DNA of 46,305 nt from Oscillospiraceae bacterium (GTDB lineage Bacteria; Bacillota; Clostridia; Saccharofermentanales; Saccharofermentanaceae). A program made the position numbers and the translations under genes. The DNA lies in the NCBI GenBank assembly GCA_902789515.1, contig CADAOK010000017.1, forward strand, positions 1 to 46,305, read 5' to 3'. The stretch's first letter is position 1; each line of letters starts with the position of its first letter. Shown here piece after piece: positions 1 through 8,176 of this stretch. The notes under the pieces were generated by a model. It was not told where the DNA came from. It searched no databases and was given only the letters and a program-made list of their open reading frames with translations.

Positions 1-279
1 CTTGGTAACGGATTTGGAAGCTCCGGAATATCCGTATCCCGGAAGGTCTGCAAAGAGCAGCTTATTGTCCGTAAGGAAGTAGATTATCTGTTTTGTCTTG
101 CCCGGTTTCTGTGACGTTTTTGCCAGTTTTTTGGAGCCGGCCAGTGAGTTGACGAGGGATGATTTGCCGACATTTGATCTGCCTGACATTGCTATCTCAG
201 GCAGTCCGTCCTTAGGAAGATCTGCTGTTTTGGCCGCTGTTATGAAATATCTGGTGTTCTGAAAATTGATCTTATCCAT
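1..279 (-). CDS. engB: Ribosome biogenesis GTPase EngB/YihA/YsxC, 5' part (runs off window start)
   Basis: Not in the ORF track. Manual translation of the - strand from ATG at 279 gives MDKINFQNTRYFITAAKTADLPKDGLPEIAMSGRSNVGKSSLVNSL...KTSQKPGKT...FADLPGYGY, with the G1 (GRSNVGKSS), G2 (PGKT) and G3 (DLPGYG) motifs of EngB. Confidence 0.93.
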   Translation of the reverse strand, partial: MDKINFQNTRYFITAAKTADLPKDGLPEIAMSGRSNVGKSSLVNSLAGSKKLAKTSQKPGKTKQIIYFLTDNKLLFADLPGYGYSGASKSVTK

Positions 280-290
280 CACTTATATCC

Positions 291-328
291 TTTGTCGTTT
301 TTGTCGCTGTTTTGCAGATGATTATCAC
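291..328 (+). promoter_or_regulatory. Tandem TTTGTCG boxes upstream of comEC (putative regulator site)
   Basis: TTTGTCGTT-TTTGTCGCT (9-bp period) followed by TTTTGCA..GATTATC. A similar arrangement lies at 15258-15319. Confidence 0.45.
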
Positions 329-352
329 ATGTATTCAAGCATACCATAAGAT

Positions 353-2611
353 ATGAGAAGGAATTACGGAAACAATGCCGCATTGTTCGCGGAATTAAAG
401 CAGTTTCTTTGCCGGAGGCCGCTCGTGCTGCCTGCGGTTATGTCTGTCCTGATCTGCTGGTCAAGCTATTATTCAGGTTCAGCCCTGCCTGCACTATTGA
501 CCGCTTTGGCTGTCCTTGCTGCCGGTATCGCCTTTGAGCATGCCAGGCCGGCAAATCTTGCCGGTTTTGTGCTTTGTGCTGTTTTGCTCATCTATGCAGG
601 CTGCTCGATATCTGCTGCAGTTACGGCTTTTGCTGATCATGACGGAAACGGGATATATGTGGCCAGGGTCCTGGCAGAGGATTACAAAGCTGACGGTTCT
701 GCTGAATACAAGTGCCGTCTCGAAAACGGGGTTATTGCCAATCTGTATGTTTCCTGCGATATGAACAGATATTTCTGCACCGGTGATGTTCTCAGGGTAT
801 CAGGAAAGCTTGCTGAACCGGAAAAACCGGGTAATCCCGGTGAGTTTGATTTCCGGGAATATCTTCACAGACAGGGCATAACGTATGTGTTGTGGCCGGA
901 CAGTATTACCATGACAGGACATGGGAATGTGCTTGAAGCTTTGCCGGGTAATGCCGGATATGCGGTTTACCTGTTGAAACAGGAGGCCTTGGATGCGTTT
1001 TCCGGTAAAGATGATGAGATAAAAGCGCTTGCCGCAGCGGTCTTTACCGGAGATACGTCCCTGCTTGATTATTCGACGATACATGAATTCAAACTTACAA
1101 ACTGCTCACATCTTCTGGCGGTATCAGGCACCCATTTTGCCGGTTTTCTTCTTGCATTGCCTTATATCTTGAGGGCAATGCGGGTCAGGCAGAGGACGGC
1201 TGTCGTATTCTATGCATCTTTTGCATTTGTGATAGGGCTATTTTCGGGATGGAGTGATTCGGTATTCAGGGCACTTATCATGAGCACATGCTCTTTTGCG
1301 TCAAGAGACGGACCTTCTGCGATGTGCCTGGCTGTACTTATCATGACAGCTGTTGATCCTTTTGCTCCGCTCGGCACGGGTTTTCAGTTAAGTTTTGCTG
1401 CAGCCGGGTCATTGCTGTTTTTCCTTCCTGCGGTAAAAGACAGACTAATAAGGATGGGCATTGGCAGATCGTTTGCCGGGATTATCGCACCGGCGATAAC
1501 GGTATCTGTGGCCATGATCCCTTTTTCCGGATATACGGAGTTCCGTATGCATCCGGCTCTGATCGCAGTACAGATAGGTGCATCAATCATTGTTCAGGCA
1601 GCCTGCATTTTCCTTATACCGGGTTTTGTGTGCGGGATCAATTCTCCGGCAGTGTTTTGTCTCAGGTGTCTTGGCGGGATCACGCATTTCGGTGCGGCCG
1701 CAGTAAAGGCTTCCGGCATAAGATCAGCATCTCCGGATATATTGATACTCAGCTTAACCATGCTGCTCATACTTTTCCTGTTGCCGGAGTGCTTTATAAA
1801 AAGGCATTTTACCATTCCCGTCTGTATGATCGCGGCGTTATCCATAGGATTAAGCTCTGCTGAGATGCTCGTGAGACCAGCAGCACAGGTAATCTTTGCT
1901 GATGTCGGGCAGGGCGACTGCTGTCTGATAATAACGGATGATAAAACCTGTCTAATAGATGCTGGAGTATATGCCGAAGGGGAGACTACCGTGCAGGATA
2001 TCCTTGATCACTATGGGATAGCCGCAGTTGATTATGCTTTTATGAGCCACTGGGATACTGACCATGCAGGAGGAATAGCCGCTTTGTATAAAGCGGGCAG
2101 GATAAAGGCGTTATACACGGGTTTTACCGGCAAGGATCCGGAGGTGGAGGATTTCTATGAAGCCTTGCCGGATAAGGATTTCGAATCTGCATGTATTGAA
2201 GAGGTTGGTGCAGGCGAGGTGTTCTGCCTGAGCGAGGGTGTTACTTTGAAGGTGATCGCCCCCGTGAAAGCAGCCGGCGGAGGAAATGAGGACAGCCTTG
2301 TCATGACACTGGAAGCAGGAGGAAAGACCATTCTGTTTACGGGTGACATCGGTGCCGGTACGGAAGAAGAACTGTTGCAAGCAGGCATTCTTGCCGACTG
2401 TGACATCCTGAAGGTAGCCCATCACGGCTCGAAATACTCTACATCAGATGTTTTCCTGACCGCCGTTTCCCCCGAGACTGCCGTAATCTCAGTCGGAGCC
2501 GGCAACTTTTACGGACATCCGTCACCGGAATGCCTGCTAAGGCTTAAGAACGTAGGATGCACGGTAATGAGAACCGATACAGACGGAGCGGTAATCCTCA
2601 TGCTCGGATAA
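353..2611 (+). CDS. comEC: DNA internalization competence protein ComEC/Rec2
   Basis: NPGEFDFREYL, SHLLAVSGTH competence-domain motif, GFQLSF, multiple TM segments, C-terminal metallo-beta-lactamase domain (DVGQGD, SHWDTDHAGG, LFTGD, KVAHHGS, YGHP). Start uncertain because no clear SD precedes it. Confidence 0.95.
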   Translation: MRRNYGNNAALFAELKQFLCRRPLVLPAVMSVLICWSSYYSGSALPALLTALAVLAAGIAFEHARPANLAGFVLCAVLLIYAGCSISAAVTAFADHDGNGIYVARVLAEDYKADGSAEYKCRLENGVIANLYVSCDMNRYFCTGDVLRVSGKLAEPEKPGNPGEFDFREYLHRQGITYVLWPDSITMTGHGNVLEALPGNAGYAVYLLKQEALDAFSGKDDEIKALAAAVFTGDTSLLDYSTIHEFKLTNCSHLLAVSGTHFAGFLLALPYILRAMRVRQRTAVVFYASFAFVIGLFSGWSDSVFRALIMSTCSFASRDGPSAMCLAVLIMTAVDPFAPLGTGFQLSFAAAGSLLFFLPAVKDRLIRMGIGRSFAGIIAPAITVSVAMIPFSGYTEFRMHPALIAVQIGASIIVQAACIFLIPGFVCGINSPAVFCLRCLGGITHFGAAAVKASGIRSASPDILILSLTMLLILFLLPECFIKRHFTIPVCMIAALSIGLSSAEMLVRPAAQVIFADVGQGDCCLIITDDKTCLIDAGVYAEGETTVQDILDHYGIAAVDYAFMSHWDTDHAGGIAALYKAGRIKALYTGFTGKDPEVEDFYEALPDKDFESACIEEVGAGEVFCLSEGVTLKVIAPVKAAGGGNEDSLVMTLEAGGKTILFTGDIGAGTEEELLQAGILADCDILKVAHHGSKYSTSDVFLTAVSPETAVISVGAGNFYGHPSPECLLRLKNVGCTVMRTDTDGAVILMLG

Positions 2612-2646
2612 AAACCGCATTTTCGCACTAAAAATAAATCTAACTT

Positions 2647-2669
2647 TGATATACTAGTGCTCGAGGAGG
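2647..2669 (+). promoter_or_regulatory. Extended -10 promoter and RBS for GH25-holA
   Basis: TG-A-TATACT at 2647-2655, AGGAGG at 2664-2669, ATG at 2676. Confidence 0.55.
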
Positions 2670-2675
2670 ATCTGT

Positions 2676-3791
2676 ATGATCTGTAAAAAACAACTGGCTG
2701 TAGTCCTTATCACTCTTTCCGCTGTTATGGCGGCATCTTGTGTGACGGAACGTGACAGGAAAGAGACTGAACCTGATACTGAGGTTTCTGAAGAAGAAAC
2801 GGTCACTGACAGTGAGACATCAGAGGTTACATCTTCTGATACTGAGACTGAAACTACGGAAACCCGTGCTGAGGAGATCATCGACACATCAGCTCCGATG
2901 TGGCTTGAAGCTCCGGATACAATAACTGTCGAATCCGATACTGATTTCGACATTGGGAATTATTTGAGCTATATCGATGATTACGACAGCGTTGTTGATA
3001 TGGATTTAGCCGGTGAGGTCGATACTTCAGTGACAGGCGATTATCCGGTTACGGTATCCCTGACCGACGATGCCGGCAACAGCACTTTCAAAGACATAAC
3101 GGTAAAGGTTATCGAGCCTGTCGAACCGGTTGAAGTGATCGATGACGGCCCCGAACCTGCAACAAACTATTACGATTTCAATGAATTTGTCGTTGATTAT
3201 GCCGGTGAGGGCGCATTGTACGGTATAGACATCTCCAAGTATCAGGGAGACGTTGATTTCGAGAAGGTAAAGGCCGCAGGTTGTGATTTTGTGATCATGA
3301 GGGCTATGGTCTACTATCAGGGCGAACTCAGGATCGATGACAGATTCCAGGAAAACCTTACGGAAGCCAAGGCTGCCGGACTTAAGGTCGGAGTCTATAT
3401 CTACACTTTTGCAAATACACCGGAACTCGTAAAGGAGCAGACGGATGCGCTTTGTGAACTCCTTAACGGTGAACAGCTCGATTTTCCGGTTGTCTTCGAT
3501 TGGGAGAAATTCTCGAACTTCCAGCAGTATAATCTCAGTATGGCGGGTTTGAGAGAACTCTATCAGGTATTCAAGGACGAACTCGCAGTATACGGATATG
3601 ATGCTATGCTCTATTCGAGCAAGTACTATCTCGAGACCATCTGGCAGCCTGAGAATGAGACTGTTTGGCTTGCGCATTATACCGAGAAGACATCTTATGA
3701 AGGTAATTATGTAATGTGGCAGGCAAACTGCAACGGAACGATTGACGGAATAGAGGGTCCTGTTGACCTTGATCTGTATTACGGCGGATAA
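2676..3791 (+). CDS. GH25 muramidase (lysozyme) lipoprotein with acidic Thr/Glu linker and Ig-like domain
   Basis: Lipobox-like MAAS-C, E/T/S-rich linker, DTSAP...VDTSVTGDYPVTVSLTDDAGN Ig-like repeat, GH25 motifs GIDISKYQG, FPVVFDWE (DxE), VWLAHY, MWQ, VDLD. Confidence 0.88.
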   Translation: MICKKQLAVVLITLSAVMAASCVTERDRKETEPDTEVSEEETVTDSETSEVTSSDTETETTETRAEEIIDTSAPMWLEAPDTITVESDTDFDIGNYLSYIDDYDSVVDMDLAGEVDTSVTGDYPVTVSLTDDAGNSTFKDITVKVIEPVEPVEVIDDGPEPATNYYDFNEFVVDYAGEGALYGIDISKYQGDVDFEKVKAAGCDFVIMRAMVYYQGELRIDDRFQENLTEAKAAGLKVGVYIYTFANTPELVKEQTDALCELLNGEQLDFPVVFDWEKFSNFQQYNLSMAGLRELYQVFKDELAVYGYDAMLYSSKYYLETIWQPENETVWLAHYTEKTSYEGNYVMWQANCNGTIDGIEGPVDLDLYYGG

Positions 3792-3793
3792 AT

Positions 3794-4828
3794 ATGGCAA
3801 AACAAAAGGGACCTCCCAAGGGAGTGTTGACAAGCAAAGAATTCTTTCAGAAGCTCAAGAACGATCCGGGCAGTCTGGATCTTGTGCTTTTGTATGGAGA
3901 AGAGACATACTTCTTTGACAGTGCGGTAAATGTCCTTAAGAAGATGTTCATCGAGCCGGGTTCCGAGCAGATGGATGTTTGCTGTCTTGACGGAAGGACC
4001 GGATCGAAGATCAGTATCGACAGTATTGAGGAGATGCTTGCCACACCGCCATGGCTGTCACGCAGGAAACTTGTCATAGTGCGCAAATCAGGACTGTTCT
4101 CGGCTGAAGCTGCGGAAGGATTCATCAAACTGATAAGCGATATACCGGATTCGGTTATTCTTTTGTTCCTTGAAGAAGAGATGGACTGCAGGAAAAAGGT
4201 GTTTAAGGAGTTCGTCTCCAAAGGCACAGTCTGTCTCTGCGATCAGATGTCGGAAGATGAACTGGCGTCATGGATATCAAAAAGGCTGGGCAAATCCGGG
4301 ATTAGCATAACCCCTGAAGCTGCTGCGTCCATGGCTGTCAGATGCAGTCTGTCTCTTACACAGCTCACGAATGAGATTACAAAACTGACGCTGTTCTGCG
4401 AGGGTGAAGGTATTTCTTCTGTTGATACCGATCTTGTGGAACGTTGCTGTCCGCCTGATCTGAGCGGGAAAGTGTTCAGTATCATGGATGCCTGCGGTAC
4501 GGGAAGACCAGAAGCTGCTCTGGATACGCTCAATACGATGATTATTACCAGACAACCGGTAATAATGATCAGGGTTACGGTTATGAACCATATCAAGAAA
4601 ATGATATGTGCCAAGGAGATAACCGACAAAAGGGCGCTTGCCTCCAGACTCGGTATAGGTGATTACTATGCGGAAAAGCTGATAAGACAGGCGGGGAGAT
4701 TCAGTATGGATCGTCTCAGGGATCTGTATCTCGAAGCAGTCAGATCAGACAGTGATATAAAGCACGGTCTTGTGGATGAGCGGACCAGTCTTGAAATGAT
4801 CATCATAAAAGCCTCGGCAAAAGCCTGA
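3794..4828 (+). CDS. holA: DNA polymerase III delta subunit
   Basis: LLYGEETY motif, NEITKL, 344 aa, conserved position downstream of comEC. Confidence 0.9.
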   Translation: MAKQKGPPKGVLTSKEFFQKLKNDPGSLDLVLLYGEETYFFDSAVNVLKKMFIEPGSEQMDVCCLDGRTGSKISIDSIEEMLATPPWLSRRKLVIVRKSGLFSAEAAEGFIKLISDIPDSVILLFLEEEMDCRKKVFKEFVSKGTVCLCDQMSEDELASWISKRLGKSGISITPEAAASMAVRCSLSLTQLTNEITKLTLFCEGEGISSVDTDLVERCCPPDLSGKVFSIMDACGTGRPEAALDTLNTMIITRQPVIMIRVTVMNHIKKMICAKEITDKRALASRLGIGDYYAEKLIRQAGRFSMDRLRDLYLEAVRSDSDIKHGLVDERTSLEMIIIKASAKA

Positions 4829-4834
4829 TAATAA

Positions 4835-4863
4835 TTGACGATATCGAGCCTTTGTCTTAAAAT
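4835..4863 (+). promoter_or_regulatory. Sigma-A type promoter for icd operon
   Basis: TTGACG (4835-4840), 17 bp, TAAAAT (4858-4863). Confidence 0.65.
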
Positions 4864-4895
4864 CTTGTGGTAATTTTTATATTGGAGAATTCAAA

Positions 4896-6092
4896 ATGGC
4901 AAAGATTGCAATGAAGACACCGCTCGTCGAGATGGACGGCGATGAGATGACAAGGATCATTTGGAAGCAGATCAAAGACATCGTTATCGATCCCTATGTT
5001 GATCTTAAGACTGAGTATTTTGATCTCGGCCTCGAGAACCGTGAGGCTACCAAGGACCAGGTTACCATTGATGCGGCTGAGAAGACCAAGGAGCTTGGAG
5101 TCGCAGTCAAATGTGCTACCATTACTCCCAATGCCCAGAGAATGACGGAGTATAACCTTACCCAGATGTGGAAGAGCCCGAACGGCACGATAAGAGCAAT
5201 GCTCGACGGAACCGTATTCAGAGCTCCCATCCTGATCAACGGCATCCAGCCGTTCGTTTCTTGCTGGAAGAAGCCCATCACTATTGCGCGTCACGCTTAC
5301 GGCGATGTTTATAAGAATTCTGAACTCAGGATCGACGGTGCTGCAAGGGCGGAACTGGTCGTCACATATCCTGACGGAAGAAAAGAGAGCAAGACGGTAT
5401 TTGAGTACACTGATCCGGGCGTTCTGCAGGGTATGTACAACACGGATAAGTCCATTTCCGCTTTTGCAAGAGCATGCTTCAACTATGCTCTCGGCGTTAA
5501 GCAGGACCTTTGGTTTGCTACAAAGGATACTATCTCCAAGACATACGACCACCGCTTCAAGGACGTTTTCGCCGAGATCTATGAGAATGAGTACAAGGCG
5601 AAGTTCGAAGCAGCAGGTATTACATATTTCTATACGCTCATAGACGATGCCGTTGCAAGGGTCATGCGTTCTGAAGGCGGCTTCGTATGGGCCTGCAAGA
5701 ACTATGACGGCGATGTGATGAGCGACATGCTCGCTTCCGCATCAGGTTCGCTTGCCATGATGACATCCGTTCTTGTATCACCTGACGGCATCTATGAGTA
5801 CGAGGCTGCTCACGGTACGGTTACCAGACATTACTACAGGTATCTTAAGGGCGAGAAAACATCAACTAACCCGATGGCTACTCTCTTTGCATGGACCGGT
5901 GCGCTCCGTAAGAGAGGAGAACTCGACGGCCTGGATGATCTTGTTGATTTTGCAAATCGTCTCGAGAATGCCTCAATTGCAACGATCGAATCAGGTATAA
6001 TTACAGGTGATCTTGCGTCGCTTCTCGATAATCCTGACAAGAAGATCGTAAATACGGAAGAATTCTTAACAGCTGTCAGAGACAGGCTTTGA
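4896..6092 (+). CDS. icd: NADP-dependent isocitrate dehydrogenase (homodimeric, eukaryote-like subfamily)
   Basis: VEMDGDEMTRIIW, KCATITP, MWKSPNGTIR, NYDGDVMSD, EAAHGTVTRHY. Confidence 0.97.
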   Translation: MAKIAMKTPLVEMDGDEMTRIIWKQIKDIVIDPYVDLKTEYFDLGLENREATKDQVTIDAAEKTKELGVAVKCATITPNAQRMTEYNLTQMWKSPNGTIRAMLDGTVFRAPILINGIQPFVSCWKKPITIARHAYGDVYKNSELRIDGAARAELVVTYPDGRKESKTVFEYTDPGVLQGMYNTDKSISAFARACFNYALGVKQDLWFATKDTISKTYDHRFKDVFAEIYENEYKAKFEAAGITYFYTLIDDAVARVMRSEGGFVWACKNYDGDVMSDMLASASGSLAMMTSVLVSPDGIYEYEAAHGTVTRHYYRYLKGEKTSTNPMATLFAWTGALRKRGELDGLDDLVDFANRLENASIATIESGIITGDLASLLDNPDKKIVNTEEFLTAVRDRL

Positions 6093-6109
6093 TATAACGG
6101 AGGTTAATT

Positions 6110-6634
6110 ATGAGTTATTACGAGACATGGATGAAGCTTTCTGAGGACAATTCCAACCAGCAGGCTTATATTGAATATGTAAAGCGCTACTATGCTATGG
6201 AGAAGAATGCTTATGAGATCATTCTTTCTGCTTATCCCGATAACGGTCAGTTCCTTGAGGGAAAAGCTAAGGATATGGCTCTAAAGCTCGGATTTACTGA
6301 CGATACGATGGACATCTTTGTCGGATTCCTTGACGGCATCAAGTCCAGCCTTACAAATGCAGACAGCCTTGATCTCGAAGCAGTTGTCGATGATACGGAT
6401 ATCAAGCTTGAGCTCGATTACGAGAAGCTTTACTACAACATGAGAGATGCAAAGGCAGACTGGCTCTATAAGATCCCTTTCTGGAAGACAGTCCTTTCTG
6501 ATGAGAAGATGGCTGAGATCACAAGAGAGTACCGTGATGCCAATATTGCTCATTCCGATCATGTCGGAAGAAATGATCCCTGTCCCTGCGGTTCAGGAAA
6601 GAAGTATAAGAATTGCTGCGGTAAAAGAAGCTGA
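6110..6634 (+). CDS. SEC-C metal-binding domain protein (conserved clostridial family)
   Basis: GFLDGI, EKLYYNM..AKADWLY, C-terminal [26 protein letters not shown] upstream. Confidence 0.88.
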   Translation: MSYYETWMKLSEDNSNQQAYIEYVKRYYAMEKNAYEIILSAYPDNGQFLEGKAKDMALKLGFTDDTMDIFVGFLDGIKSSLTNADSLDLEAVVDDTDIKLELDYEKLYYNMRDAKADWLYKIPFWKTVLSDEKMAEITREYRDANIAHSDHVGRNDPCPCGSGKKYKNCCGKRS

Positions 6635-6659
6635 TTATCCAAAGGCGGTGTGAGCTGTT

Positions 6660-7553
6660 TTGAAGAAGATCATTACGGCAAAATGGTTCATAGTTACTTC
6701 CGTTTCGCTCCTGATAATAGCCGGAGTCGTGTTAAGTCTCATTCCCGGAAGTCCGCTCGGTTTTCTTAAGGTACCATTCGCGTTGATAGTCACGCCTGTT
6801 CAGGGCTTTGTCAAATCCGCAGGTGATACTGTCTCTGACTTCTGGGCTGCCCTTACGGACGGTATGGCTATCAGACAGGAGAATGAGGACCTGAAGGATC
6901 AGATTGCCGATCTCCAGTACCAGCTTACTCAGAATGAAGAGGCTGCCATCCGGTATGAGGAGCTCAAGGATGCTTTCCATATCCGTGATACGTTCAGCAA
7001 TTACGATATCTATGGTGCTTCCATTATTTCAAGAGAAGCGGATGAATGGTTCTCGGTCATTACGATTGCCGCAGGTGACACTGACGGTGTCGTGCTCGAG
7101 GAAGGTGAATCCTACCCGGTCGTTGATGTTAACATGAACCTGGTTGGACGTGTCATAGAGACATCGTCTTCAGACTCAAAGGTTCTGCCGCTCTTGCATG
7201 AAGGCTTCTCTGTTGCCTGTAAAGTAAATGAGGTCAACGGTGCTTCCATGCTGGTCAGCGGTGATGCTTCCCTGAAGAATTCAGGTTTATGCATTGTTAC
7301 CAACATTGATGAGAAAGCTGTTCTTGAACCGGGTACTGAGATAGTTACCTCAGGTGACGGCGGCCTTTTCCCTGCGGGAATACCTGTCGGCACCATTGTT
7401 GAAGTTGATGATTCAAATCCTCTCCAGATAACTGCGACTCTCCAGCCTTACACTGATATTAAAGATCTGGAAGATGTCTTTGTCATGATACCTTATCTCG
7501 ATGAGACTGCAGAAGATTCCAACGGCGGATCAGCAGAGGGCGAGGACTCCTGA
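6660..7553 (+). CDS. mreC: Rod shape-determining protein MreC
   Basis: N-terminal TM, coiled coil (ENEDLKDQI), LVGRV, IVTSGDGGLFPAGIPVG. TTG start. Confidence 0.93.
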   Translation: MKKIITAKWFIVTSVSLLIIAGVVLSLIPGSPLGFLKVPFALIVTPVQGFVKSAGDTVSDFWAALTDGMAIRQENEDLKDQIADLQYQLTQNEEAAIRYEELKDAFHIRDTFSNYDIYGASIISREADEWFSVITIAAGDTDGVVLEEGESYPVVDVNMNLVGRVIETSSSDSKVLPLLHEGFSVACKVNEVNGASMLVSGDASLKNSGLCIVTNIDEKAVLEPGTEIVTSGDGGLFPAGIPVGTIVEVDDSNPLQITATLQPYTDIKDLEDVFVMIPYLDETAEDSNGGSAEGEDS

Positions 7554-8176
7554 TGGATATCCGTGTAAATGCCAGAAGGATAATCCTCTATACGGTCTAT
7601 CTGCTGTTATTTGCCTGTCTTCAGGTATCTTTCCCTGATGCAATAAGCTTCAGAGGCCAGATTGCCGACCTGATGTTTGTTTTCGTCGTGCTTACGGGTT
7701 ATTTCTTCGGATTCAGAGACGGTGCGGTTATCGGTATCCTTACCGGTATAGTCCGCGACTGTTTCGCTTCGCCCGCAGTCATCGGACTGGACGGCAATGT
7801 CCAGGTCACGGTCGGTATAGGGGTGCTCGTGCTGTTCCTTGCAGGCACTTTCGGTTCCGCCTTTTTCACGAAAAGGATGCACAGGAGCATCCCGTTTGCA
7901 TTTCTTGCCGTGACCGCGGCAACGCTGATCTACAAGACTGCAGGGCATATTGTTGCATTTGTCTGGATCAAGGTCCTGGGGAACGGGATGTACAGTATCG
8001 GTTTTACTGATGTTGTACTTGATTCTGTGCTCCCACAGCTTCTTGTGAATCTCATTGCGGCTCTGCCTATTCTGTTATTGCTCAGATTCTTAGGACCTTA
8101 CAAGAACGGTTACGGCAACGACAAGAAAGAAGATGTAATTGAATCATATGGAGAGAGTTCATGGCTTCGGATCTGA
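7553..8176 (+). CDS. mreD: Rod shape-determining protein MreD
   Basis: Very hydrophobic 207 aa protein between mreC and a class B PBP, with G...G...G...D pattern (GAVIGILTGIVRD). Confidence 0.82.
   Translation: MDIRVNARRIILYTVYLLLFACLQVSFPDAISFRGQIADLMFVFVVLTGYFFGFRDGAVIGILTGIVRDCFASPAVIGLDGNVQVTVGIGVLVLFLAGTFGSAFFTKRMHRSIPFAFLAVTAATLIYKTAGHIVAFVWIKVLGNGMYSIGFTDVVLDSVLPQLLVNLIAALPILLLLRFLGPYKNGYGNDKKEDVIESYGESSWLRI

Noticed and set aside
3027-3833. 268-aa antisense ORF, and similar long - strand ORFs at 4857-5552, 19639-20196, 22588-23283, 27658-28284 and 43604-44161
   Set aside because: They lie opposite well-supported genes, show no recognisable motifs, and are the expected shadows of biased codon usage.
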